Assembly: GCF_009914755.1 (NCBI RefSeq)
Contig: NC_060928.1
Origin: the human T2T-CHM13v2.0 reference genome, Homo sapiens
Strand: one strand, 5' to 3'
Length of the DNA: 64,000 nt
Shown here: positions 44,513-56,503 of the stretch, one piece after another
How the letters are laid out: the number at the start of each line of letters is the position of its first letter
How positions within the stretch are numbered: position 1 is the stretch's first letter
Made by a program: the position numbers and the translations under genes
Notes under the pieces: generated by a model
The model's input: the letters and a program-made list of their open reading frames with translations, nothing else
Told to the model about the DNA's origin: nothing
Database searches by the model: none

Positions 44513-44920
44513 CCCAAATGTTCCAGAGCATCGAATCAGGATTAGCTGCCATTTCTAGAAAATGACAAGAGGCCTGTTTTTTAAAAGTGACTCTACTCTG
44601 GAAATTGTCACATGGAGAACTGGAAGCAGAGATTTTATGAAATTCCCATGCTTTAAAAGAATCAAGAGGAGGTTAAAAAAAAATTAAAAGATTTTACCAA
44701 ATCACATTGGAGGACAAACCTTTACAGGGAAACTTTGGTTGCTCCTCCTTTGTGTTGGGTACCAAGTTTTTTTGTAAGATATTAATAAATTTTCTTGTTC
44801 TAAATCCATAAATGCTCATATTTTAAAAGAGATGGCTCTTACGGGTATTATTTTATATTATATCCCCTCTCTGAAAATCTCTCAACATTGAGAATAAAAT
44901 TTAATGGATGAAATTTATTT

Positions 44921-45237
44921 ACTTATTTATTTATTTTATTTCATTTTATTTTTTTTGAGACAGAGTTTCACTCTGTTGCCCAGGCTGGAGTGTAATGGTA
45001 TGATCTCAGTTCACTGCAACCTCCGACTCCGGGTTGAAGCAATTCTCCTGCCTCAGCCTCCCTAGAAGCTGGGATTACAGGAATGCACCACCACACCTGG
45101 TTAATTTTTGTATTTTTAGTAGAGATGGGATTTCACCATGTTGGCCAGGCTGGTCTCAAACCCCTGACCTCAAGTGATCTGCCCACCTCGGCCTCCCAAA
45201 CTGCTGGGATTACAGGTGTGAGCCACCGCATCTAGCC
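44921..45237 (-). mobile_element. AluSx/Sz
   Basis: Full antisense dimer with a (ttta)n tail, flanked by a 30-bp direct repeat. Confidence 0.95.
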
Positions 45238-45926
45238 AAGAATAAAACTTAATAGATCAAATTTATTTTTAAAAATCCGTTTATTTCCACCTCTGCTAAA
45301 TCAAAGCTACTTTACTGAGCAGGTGGCTATCTGATTCTGTCATCTTATTAGCAGACACCAACCAAGAGGAGTTATGTGATACCCAGAGGAATATTAAACT
45401 GAAGAAATAAGGGCCACCGAGGGCTCATCTGTAGGCAGCTCTTTGAAGTTCCTCTCTGGGCCCAACTTTCCTCTGGCAGATTGGTAGGAGATAGCTGTCT
45501 TCACAGTGCACGTTCCCCTACCATTTCAAACACTCTTGACTAAATCTTAAACTACTCACTAGTTGTTGATTGTAAATCCATTTGCTTTTATTGTAGCACA
45601 ATGCATGTTTATTGTAGAAAAAGCAAAAAAAAATACAAGTAAGGAAAAATAAAGTATGTAATTCCAATTATCCAAAGGCAATTACCGTTAATGCCTTCGT
45701 ATATATGGTTCCAGGTTTATCTGTGCGTCAAAAGATTTAACACTATAGTTGAAATAGCTGAATAGTATTCCATTACATAGATATACATCAATTTAACAAA
45801 TTGTTATGGTTTTCACAGCTATAAATGTCCATCTTCTCTTATTACAAATAGCCATTTCAAAGAATATGTCCGGTACTCAGGATCTGTGCATCTCCTAATT
45901 ATTTCCTTTAAAAAGTCTATATTTTA

Positions 45927-47029
45927 TGCTCAATACCACTAATCATTAGGGAAATGCAAATGAAAACCATAATGAGATACCATCTCACACTAGTCAGAAG
46001 GGCTTTTATTAAAAGGTCTGAAGATAACAGATGCTGGTGAGGTTGTGGAGAAAAGGGAGTGCTTATACACTGCTGGTGGGAATGTAAATTAGTTCAGTCA
46101 CTGGACATTTCTCAAAGAACTTAAAATAGAACTACCATTCAACCCAGCAATCTCACTACTGAGTATATACCCAAAGGAATATAAATCATTCTACCATAAA
46201 GACACATGCACACCTATGTTCATCACAGCACCATTCACAATAGCAATTGCATGGAATCAACCTAAATGCCCATCAGGTGGACTGGATAAAGAAAATGTTG
46301 GGCCAGGCAGAGTAGCTCACGCCTATAAACCAAGCATTTTGGGAGGCTAAGGTGGGCGGACCACTTCAAGTCAGGAGCTCATGACCAGCCTGGCTAATAT
46401 GACAAAACCCCATCTCTACTAAGAATAGAAAAATCAGCCAGGCATGGCGGTACGTGCCTACATTCCCAGCTACTGGGGAAGCTGAGGCACGAGAAACATT
46501 TGAAGCCTGGGAGGTGGAGGTTGCAGTGAGCTGAGATGGTACTACTGCACTCTAGCCTGGGTGACAGAGCAAGACTCTATCTCAGAAAAAGAAAAAGAAA
46601 GAAAATGTGACACTGATAACACCATGGAATACTACACAGTCACAGAAAAGAACAAAATTACATTCTTTGCAGCAACATGGGTGAAACTGGAGGCCATCAT
46701 CCTAAGTGAATTAACACAGGAACAGAAAATCAAATACTGCATGTTCTTCCTAATAAGTGGGAGCTAAACATTGAGTACACCCAGGCTAGAGTGCAAAGGC
46801 ACCACCTCAGCTCAAACATGGACACAATGAAGGGAATAATAGATATGGAAGCCTAACTGAGGGTGGAGGGTGAGAGGAGGATGGTGATTGAAAAACTACC
46901 TATCAGGCATTATGCTGATTACTTGGGTGACAAAATTACCTGTATACCAAACCCCCAAACACGTAATTTACCCACGTAACAAATGTGCACATATACCCCT
47001 TGAATCTAAAATGAAAGTTGGAAAGAACA
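45927..47029 (+). mobile_element. 5'-truncated L1PA15/16-like 3' end, interrupted by an Alu
   Basis: ORF2 end (MEYY...EAIILSELTQEQKIKYCMFFLISGS), 3' UTR ttgaaaaactacctatcagg...gggtgacaaaatta, and TSD aaaaagtct(at/gc)atttta. Confidence 0.9.
46301..46597 (+). mobile_element. Alu (Jb/Sz-like)
   Basis: Full dimer. TSD aaagaaaatgt. Confidence 0.93.
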
Positions 47030-48035
47030 AAAAGTCTGCATTTTAAAACATTAGATTTTTCCACACTTTTTTTCTATTTGTTTAAAAAGGAGAGAAAGGA
47101 TATAAAAAGAGCTGGAGAATCTTTAAAATTCACATTTGGCAAATGTGAATATGGCTATGTTTTATGATCATTTATTTGCAGTTTTTAAGCTGTATACTTC
47201 CAAAAGGTTATTGATATTGGTTACAAGCAAATTTATGTACATGCATGCAGCAAAACACTAAAGGTAAAGAGATGAGAACGCACATAAAGAGGAGAGTAAT
47301 GGTGTAAGGAAGGAGTAATGAGTTAATTTTAATATCAGGACAGCCAAGGAAAAAAAGGAAGCATTACAGGTGAGGTGATTCTCATTGTCTGATAAAAGGA
47401 AGCACACTATTTCAAAGGAGTCTTTTTTTCTAGCACTACACTAGTGATACAGTAATATATCCCATGTGTCTTTACATAAAGGCATTGATCAACGAATTTT
47501 TTTCATCCAACATTTCTTTATAAAGCCAAGGACACAATATTAAATTTCATTTCAGGAAAAACATTTTTATAGGAAAAGCTAACATAGTTCAAGTAGATAT
47601 CTTGTGATCTAACTTGTTACAAAGAAAGAACTTAGACTAACATATAATAACGTTCCCATATGTGGTTTTCCTCCAACAGCTCTCATTTCAACCATACATT
47701 TGGCAGAAGCTAATTAACTGGGGACTCCAAAACTGCCTGATGGAGAGTCAATATTGACCTCAAATCTTTGAATTTGTTTGAAAGCCTACATAACTACTAA
47801 GGTGAGCCCCATAGAGCAAAATGTAGATGACTGGGATTAGAAATTCTTTTCAATGAGCTTCCTTGACCATAAAAGAATCTGAGGGTGGTTTGGGTAGAAA
47901 GAAGGTTGCCAGCTCAAAAGCCCTCAGGTGTCACTAAATGCATAATGGAGCCAGGTGTGAACAATGGCAAATTGAAGCTGCTTAGCCAAAGGGACTGAAA
48001 ACATACAAACATTCAAAAGTATAAAAACACTGTTG

Positions 48036-48258
48036 GGCCAGGCACAGTGGCTTACACCTATAATTCCATCACCAGGGTCCGAGGCTGGTGGATCACCTGA
48101 GGTCAGGAGTTCAAGGCCAGCCTGGTCAACATGGTGACACTCCCATCTCTACTAAAAATACAAAATTAGCTAAGCATGGTGGCAGGCACCTGTAATCCCA
48201 GCTACTCAGGAGACTGAGGCAGGAGAATCAGGAATATAAATCATTCTACCATATATTT

Positions 48259-48294
<36 letters not shown>

Positions 48295-48359
48295 TATATA
48301 TACATATATATGTGTATATGTATATATGTGTATATGTGTATATATGTGTGTGTGTATAT

Positions 48360-48397
<38 letters not shown>

Positions 48398-48508
48398 ATA
48401 TATAGAGAGAGAGACAGAGAGAGGAGGCGGAGGTTGCAATGAGCTGAGATTGCGCCATTGCACTCCAGCCTGGATGACAAGAGTGAAATTTCAACTCCGG
48501 GAAAAAAA
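48036..48508 (+). mobile_element. AluS whose right arm is split by an L1-derived 24-mer plus microsatellite (48230-48422)
   Basis: The Alu runs to ggagaatc and resumes ggaggcggaggttgc. 13-bp TSD aaaaacactgttg. Confidence 0.93.
48251..48423. repeat. Compound (TA)n(CA)n(TG)n(GA)n microsatellite
   Basis: Visible directly in the sequence. Confidence 0.95.
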
Positions 48509-49444
48509 AAAAACACTGTTGCAACCAGTCTCCTGGTAGAACTTGGTCTGCAAGCAGCCAGTTGGTATACCTGCTGACAATAACTGACTTGGAGCATTAG
48601 CGCTTCCTGTTGAGCCAACCAGAATGAGTTCTCTACAAAATGTACAGCCAAGTTCCTGAATAAATATACTCACTATTTGAATATTGGAATCCATCAGCCA
48701 AGAACACCTGTTTTAGTTTTTTAACAGTAGTAGGCAATCAGGGTGAAAGGCTCCTCCTAATCCATGATAGCGCCCCACGTCATCAGTTTAGAGAAGTTTG
48801 TTTTTCTATTTGCTGTAACAAAAGGACATGGATTACCTTAATATAAATAATAAGAATCAGACTATTGGTTTATGTTGATAAGAGGAGTGAGTAGAACATA
48901 GCTCTCTTTTATCTGCAATGGATCAGAGCACCCCATCATATCCATCTTGATTCTGGTAGGGGTATTATGAAGAATTCACACGCACTAGAAAGGCTCAGCC
49001 ATCTTGGCTTTCTTGACTTCATAATTTAGCCATGCTTTGGCCAAATTGCTGAAAGACAGTAATATTTAGGTACATAATAAATTTAAGGGAGACGCATTCA
49101 CTCTTAACCTTACTTGAGGGTCAAGGCAAATATTTCCAGAAAAATGACCCATGGGAAAATGATCTTTGAGTAAAGATTTTCTATGCCTCAGTGTTTTGCA
49201 GAGTCAATTCTAGGCATTCCATCCTTTCAACACTATCAACAAATGGGTTTTTGAACATGTGACTTATTTTTAAAACTGTAAAGATTTTCCTCAAATTGTA
49301 TTCAAATAAGTCCTAGCCAAGTTAATATACATTAATACTTCTGTACTGCCCTTAAGAATAAATTCATACAAAAACACCTATTAACATAGAACTTTCCGTC
49401 ATCTTCACCTTTGCTTTTTCTCAATTTTTTTCAAGAGTGTTGAC

Positions 49445-49620
49445 CAGCACTGTTGCTACTAGCCACATATTATTGAAATTTAAATCAACATTAAAATTAA
49501 ATTAAAAGCTCAGTTTCTTTCCACATTTTCAAGTGTTCAATGACCACATGGGTATAGTGGATACTATATTGGTCTGCACATATATAGAATATTTTCATCA
49601 TCACTGAAAATTGTACTGGA
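49445..49620 (-). mobile_element. MER3-like MITE
   Basis: tactagccacata...tcaagtgttcaatgaccacatg...gaatattttcatcatcactgaaaattgtactgga. Confidence 0.65.
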
Positions 49621-49929
49621 GAGCCATGATTGAGATAAGAGAAAAAGCAACTGAATATTTGCCCATAAAGAAAATGACATGGAAATTTGCTGGGAGAAAA
49701 CAATTTGCTTATAAATATACCTGCCAATTGAGAAGTCACAATTTGTTGGAGTTCAATTACAAAATTATTTTTGTCTTTCAACTATGTCCACCAGCAACAC
49801 TGGATCAAATTTGCTTTTCCAGCTGGGTGACTGCTGCCTTAACAATGTCTTAGGATGATTCTGTAGTCATTTTTAGTTACTAAAACAATGTCAACAATCT
49901 TTTTTGTTCCAATAATTAAGACTCAATGT

Positions 49930-50200
49930 GGCTAGGCACATTGGCTCACACCTGTAAATACCAGCACTTCGTGAGGCCAAGATGAGAGGATCAGTTGAGC
50001 TCAGGAGTTCAAGATCAGCCTGGGCAACATGGCAAGATCCTGTCTCTACAAAAAAATTAAAAATTAGCCCAGTGTACCTGTAGCCCCAGAGGCTGAGGTA
50101 GGAAGACTGCTTGGGCCCAGGAGGTTGAGGCTGCAGTGGGTCATGATCTGATCCAGCCACTGCACTCCAACCTGGGTGACAGAGAACCTGTCTCAAAAAA
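49930..50200 (+). mobile_element. AluJ with small internal deletions
   Basis: TSD aagac(t/c)caatg. Confidence 0.92.
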
Positions 50201-50354
50201 AAGACCCAATGCCATTAAATTTTTAATATCTGAATGTCACACTCGACCCAGAACTCTTGTCCTCTCTTACCACTTCCCCTACCTCACGCAAGCTTTAGTG
50301 TTTGAAGTGAAGGAGGAAGGTGTGGTTTGTCTCTGAGACACTTTTTATTCCTTC

Positions 50355-50988
50355 TTTTTTAAAAAACTTCATTGTTTGAATTGACACATAATTGAAATAA
50401 TATTCACAGAGTATATAGTGACCTTTTGATACTATATCATGATCAGGGTAATTAGCATATTCATCATCTCAAACATTTATCATCTCTGGGAACATTCAAT
50501 ATCCTCCTTCTGGCTGTCTAAAACTATATTATTGTTAACTATAGTCATCCTATAGTGCTTTATATAGAACACTAGAACTTATTCCCCATCTACCTTTAAT
50601 TTTGTATTCTTTAACAAATCTTTCCATTGCCCATGTCCCTCTGCCATTCCCAGCCTCTAGTATCCTCTGCTATAGTTTTTACCTCTAAGAGTTCAACTAA
50701 TTTTTAGCTTCCCCATGTAAGTGAGAACATACTGGGGTTTAACTTTCTATTCCTGGCTTATTTCACTTAGCATAATATTCCCCAGTTCTACACATGTTGC
50801 TGTGAATGACAGGATTTCTTTCTTTTTGTGGCTGAATAACATACCATGGTGCACCATGTGGTTCTTCTTCTATTGATGGACACTTAGGTTGATTCCTATC
50901 TTGGCTATTGTGAGTGGTGCTGCAATAAACACGGAGGTGCAGATGTCTCTTTTATATACAAATTTCCTCTCCTCTGGATAAATGCCCA
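50355..50988 (-). mobile_element. L1MA-like 3' end
   Basis: ttagcatattcatcatctcaaacatttatcat...cctggcttatttcacttagcataat...gatggacacttaggttgattcc...ggataaatgccca. Confidence 0.85.
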
Positions 50989-51392
50989 GGGACATTTGCT
51001 ACCATGGATTCGGGGACAAGATGATGATGGAGCTGAGGCAACAAAACTCTCCTCATGTGATTGTCTCCATGGGAAGACATAGAGTTGGGAAAGGCCTCTA
51101 CTCTTCTTGTAGTTTAAGCTGCCTCCATCTGGTTGTGATGGCCTCCCCTGATGTGTCAGCCTCTACATAAGGGGTGTACTTGTGAAGTTTCACACTAGAC
51201 CTATGTGTCCAATATCCTCTCAGTCTCCAAGGGCTCTTCCATTTAACACCTTTTCTCCTTCAACCTTGCCATGAACACATCTTCAAAATCAGGAGACACG
51301 GGCCAGCATTTCCCTCTTCTTTTCTATTATGAGGGAAGAGAGCTGAAAAGAAAAGCATGTCATACATATAGCAACAGAAGTCTCCAGATTCT

Positions 51393-51536
51393 AGCTTTGT
51401 ACCGTGGCAGTCTCATAACCAATGAGGTTTATTCGAGGCGTGATTACTGCTAATTAAAAACTTTTTCCAATACCCCATCATCATGACTTGAAATATAGCT
51501 GGCATAGGCAATTTTTGACAGTCTCTATGGAGACTT
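51393..51536 (+). pseudogene. U4 snRNA processed pseudogene (RNU4-2-like), full length
   Basis: agctttgtaccgtggcagtctcataaccaatgaggtttattcgaggcgtgattactgctaatt...Sm site aatttttg...agtctctatggagact spans 144 nt. Perfect 15-bp TSD aagtctccagattct at 51378-51392 and 51576-51590. No upstream promoter is included. Confidence 0.95.
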
Positions 51537-52389
51537 AACTATCTCAGGTTTAAAAAAAGCTGACAATTTTTTTTTAAGTCTCCAGATTCTGCAGCTAAGT
51601 AAGTACTTGAAGGGAAAGGGTGTCAGTCTCCTCTTTTTCAAGACACCCCCAACCTTCATGAGCATTTTATCAAAGCTGACTCACTTGGCTCCATTAATGG
51701 AAAAGCACCACTGCCACCTTCTCAAGGACAGACATAGGAGAGAGGACCTCCAACCACAAATTGTGAAAGTTGTTCCTCCAAGTTCCTGGGATGCAGGAGG
51801 AAATCAGGGGACAGGGGGAGATGGTAACTAGTGGTAGTAGTAGGGATAAATGCCACTCAGCATGCACTGGCAACTATTAGTGGCTTAGGAATACTTAGTG
51901 CCTTGTGTCCTCAGCTTTGGGTTTTAGCCACAATTCTGAGACAACAGGAAAAATCAAACTCCACTTTCTCTTACATATGCAATAGATATTAGAAGCAGCC
52001 TTAAATTTATGCCTTAAAATTTCCATCCAAACATAGTAAAGATTTTTAGTCATTTAGAGCTATGTTCCAGAGCAGTTTCCAAGTCAGAATAAGTTAAACC
52101 GTTTGCCTTTTGATACTTGATATTTTATGGTTTCCAATTTGCTATTTTCAGCTAACCTTAGGGGTGAACAGCTCTAATTCATCTGAACGGAGAAACAGTG
52201 TAACCAACCAGTTTCTCACAGTGACAGAATACTTTGGCTGCTTTGTCCAGGCTGTTGGGATGGAGTCAGCCAATAGCTAAGAATGAGGATCATTGATTCA
52301 CATGACAGGGGGTCCAATGTAGGTCAAGTTCTACCTGCGTATCTGAGAATTGCCCCTGAATAATATTTATATCTGAATGAATCGATTCT

Positions 52390-52600
52390 AATATAGTAGT
52401 AAAAAGTGTGAGCTTCAGAGTCAAACACCTGAGCTGACAGTCCATCCCAACTGCGTATTAACTCTGTGAAGTTGAGCACATTGCAGAATTCCTGTGCCCC
52501 TGTGTAATCATCCCTACAATGGTGGCTCCTGGGTGGCTATGAGGGTAATATGTGATTACGCACCTGCAGGACTTACATGTGCTTAAACAGACACCATCAT
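52390..52600 (+). mobile_element. MIR
   Basis: atagtagtaaaaagtgtgagcttcagagtcaaacacctgag...taactctgtgaagttgagca. Confidence 0.65.
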
Positions 52601-53114
52601 AAACTTTCATATTACATTCTGATAGAATTAGAAACTATAAAGGTGTTATGAGGAGGAGAGACATTTATGGAAATATTTGCCAAACTCACTTGTAATCTAT
52701 AATTTGACCATTTACTGCACACACTGTCCATGCTCTAGATGTCACTGGACTCCATTGCTAGATGGTGCTCCCCAGTGTGATTTATTTTTCAGACATTGCA
52801 TTATCTTTGGTGTAATATGTTTTTATTAAAGTCACATTACCATGTGATATTCAGAGCACAAAATTTAACATAAAACAAATTTAATACAAGGAAAGGCAAC
52901 TTATGTCTAAATGATTTCTCTCTAACCCACTATTTGTAACAGCAGTAGAATAAAAGGAAATATTTTCACTGAAATAAAAATTGGACAGCAAAAATATATT
53001 TTTCAAAATGTAAGTAAAAATAAATTTATCTTAATTTTGGAATTCTTTATCGAAATGGCAAAAGTTGTTTTAATTGAATTAAGGTACTTCATATGAGAAG
53101 GCAATTCTGAGACA

Positions 53115-53736
<622 letters not shown>

Positions 53737-54114
53737 TAGCACTCTGCATGCTTCTATTATCAGCAAAAGTTTTTGAGTATGTTGAAATAAATGTGTGCGT
53801 TGTTACAGAAATAAATATATATAACTTTGAATGGACATTTAGAAATCTATTACAAATGGGGAAGAAAAGAATTCTGGAGTAATTTATGCAGATCTGAATA
53901 AAAAGTAATGATCGGTTTGGTTGGCTCCCTTACTGAGGCACTTATGAATCTAGTGCTGACCCAGCAAAACATCTTCCAACTCAGCACTTGGCTAAGAGGG
54001 CAGGAAGAAATCCTGCTCTAAAGAGATTACTTCAGAATTCACTTACTCTACTGTTTCAATTCAAACAAAAGTTTATACTTTCCTCATGACCATGGAAGAT
54101 TGAAGTAAAACCAC

Positions 54115-54340
54115 CATACTGGCATGATATAATGTAGTAGACAAACTGGCTCTTTATCAGAATATATGAAATTCATGCTGGGCCATTTATCAGTGACCTC
54201 GAATTAATTCTTTAACTTCACTGGACTTCGGTTTCTGCATTTGTAAAAATGAGAAAATAATGGCAATATCCGTCTCACTGGGTTGTTATAAGAATGTTAG
54301 AAAAGTGGCTGGCTTATGGCAAACTCTCAACTAATGTTAA
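54115..54340 (+). mobile_element. MIR
   Basis: ctttaacttcactggacttcggtttctgcatttgtaaaaatgagaaaataatg. Confidence 0.65.
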
Positions 54341-54899
54341 ATGCCCTGGCCTATCTGAGTATTAAATTCAACAAATGAACTCACATTCGTCCAGAAGAAT
54401 AAGCATAGGCTCTAGATGACTGCAGAAAAATTTAACAAACCATTTAATTCAGACCCTACTGAAAACTCAGTAGGCCCTTTACAAGTAAAAGTTACCCCCA
54501 CACTATAGTAAGCTCCATGACATTATATGATATGGAGAATTTTTTGTAGTGTATTCATCCATGATTTTGAATGAGAGTTGAAAAAATGTTTTTAAATGTT
54601 TAATGCTCATATGTGATTAGTTTTGTCAAAATAGAAATGATTGAAACAAATATATTTTAATTTTGCTACAAATTTTATGAAAGTACGCAAATCTTCCAGA
54701 TGGTCATATATCATTTTCATTGCAGATTTAAAATAATTTTTATTTAATTTAAATGTAGTAATTGATTGTATTAAATTAATTTAAATAATCTTTAACATTA
54801 AACTTTGCTTTGTCAAGGTATAATTTTACATCCCAACTACATTGCTTTTTTATTCAATCTGAGAGCATCTGTCTTTTAGTGTGTGAGACCATTCGGGGT

Positions 54900-55320
54900 T
54901 TGTTCCTTGTAAACCTTTTGAGTTTTTCCACCTTGACCTCAGATAATTTCCCCCCACAAAAACACTGACCTATGCTCAGATGAAGACTAGAGGACCTGCT
55001 GCAGAGCTCTGAAGTTCTCTGGAGCCCTCTCCCCCTGGATACTTTGCCACCTTAGCCTACCCAATTTCTAGCTCTGTCTCCTCAACTCAGGGATACCACC
55101 AACCTCCTCCTCCTGGGATCTGCTTCCCTCTAGCATGGCCTGGAAACTCTCTCCTGGGAGGAAATTGGGGCAATCCTAGTCCTCACCTCATTTGTTTCTC
55201 CTCTCCCAGGAATTCTTGTCTTTTATTACCTGATGTCCCATGTCTTGGTAAACCATTGTTTCATATATTTTGTTCAGTTTTTTTGTTCAGGCAGAAGAGT
55301 AAGTCCAGTCCCTGTTACCA
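54900..55320 (-). mobile_element. Old L1M 5'-region fragment
   Basis: ctctgtctcctcaactcaggga...ggcctggaaactctctcc...cacctcatttgtttctcctctc...ccagtccctgttac. Confidence 0.6.
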
Positions 55321-55888
55321 CAGAAGGGCTTCCACCTTGATTTCCAACAGGAAAATTGAAATGAGCACCTGCACTTATAAAGCCTTATTTGTTCTCTCTC
55401 ATTTGAGGGACATGGAACCCTTGACTGCCTTTAGCAAATTCTGTGATGCTTTCCAATACCACTAATGGCCTATTTCATGTCTGCTCCAGTGGGACGGTGA
55501 CCTGCACCCAGGAATGGCCCTTCAGCCTGCCTCCTGCTCTTCCTCACCCCAACTAGAAGGTGGTAGACAAGAACATTTCTAGGCAGGATCTCCAAGGCCC
55601 AGGCAGAGGAGCACAGAAAAAAAAAAAAGGAGACAGCAGCCCAACCCAGTACATATAATTTAAGGACCCCTTGTCCTTGACAATTGATTTGATTGTCATC
55701 TTCCCACTGGACATTTTTTTTAACTCAATGCTATTCACTCCTTTTATATGCTATATTTAAACTTGTTGGGAGAAAACAACATGTGCTTCCGTTTCTCCTG
55801 ACATCTTCCTTTCCCATCCATCCAAGTCCTTCCCCCATCATTTGCAGCCCAGAAAGAATGCAAACTGTGGTACCTAGGCCCGTATAGC

Positions 55889-56503
55889 TGTCAGGGCTCA
55901 AAACACAATACCCTTAAACTTGGCACCTTGGCATGCTGAGTACTTTGAACTGAAGGAAACTGGAAGGCCTCTGAAGCAAGGTATTTCTGACCTTCTCCCA
56001 TCTTCCTGTTTCTTGCCCCTTCTTCTCCCTCTAAACAAGCATAGAAAACAATTCCTCTTCCCAAAGGCAGGCCATAGAAGTAGAACCTCTCTTCCCCAAA
56101 GAAAACCATAAAGCCTAGAAAGATCACTCTCTCCTTCTACCTTGAAGACCCTCATTTCAGAGGGGTTGTGCCTCAGGAGGAAGGAATGCTACACAGAGAG
56201 GCCAAGAAGACTCTGAACAGAGAGGCCTTGCTGGGGTCTCCCCATTCACTCAGTCAATTACCACTCAATCATACACTTTTGTCCAACCACATTTCCATAT
56301 GGCTGTCCATTTTTCATCAAACTTAAGCACAAAAATAGGCAGTTTTCCCTGGGTCTTTGAGTCTTCATATCTGAAGGCTCCTGTGTCATGCAAAACTTTG
56401 ATTAAATAAATCCTTATGCTTTTGTCTTGTTAACCTGTCTTTTGTTATAAGGGTGTAAGCCGTGCCCCTTGTGATGGGTGAGAAAAGGGATCACACCTTT
56501 CCA
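55889..56503 (+). mobile_element. MER39/MER34-like ERV1 solo LTR
   Basis: tgtcagggctcaaaacacaataccc...ttggcatgctgagtactttgaactgaagg...ctgaaggctcctgtgtcatgcaaaactttgattaaataaa. Confidence 0.8.
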
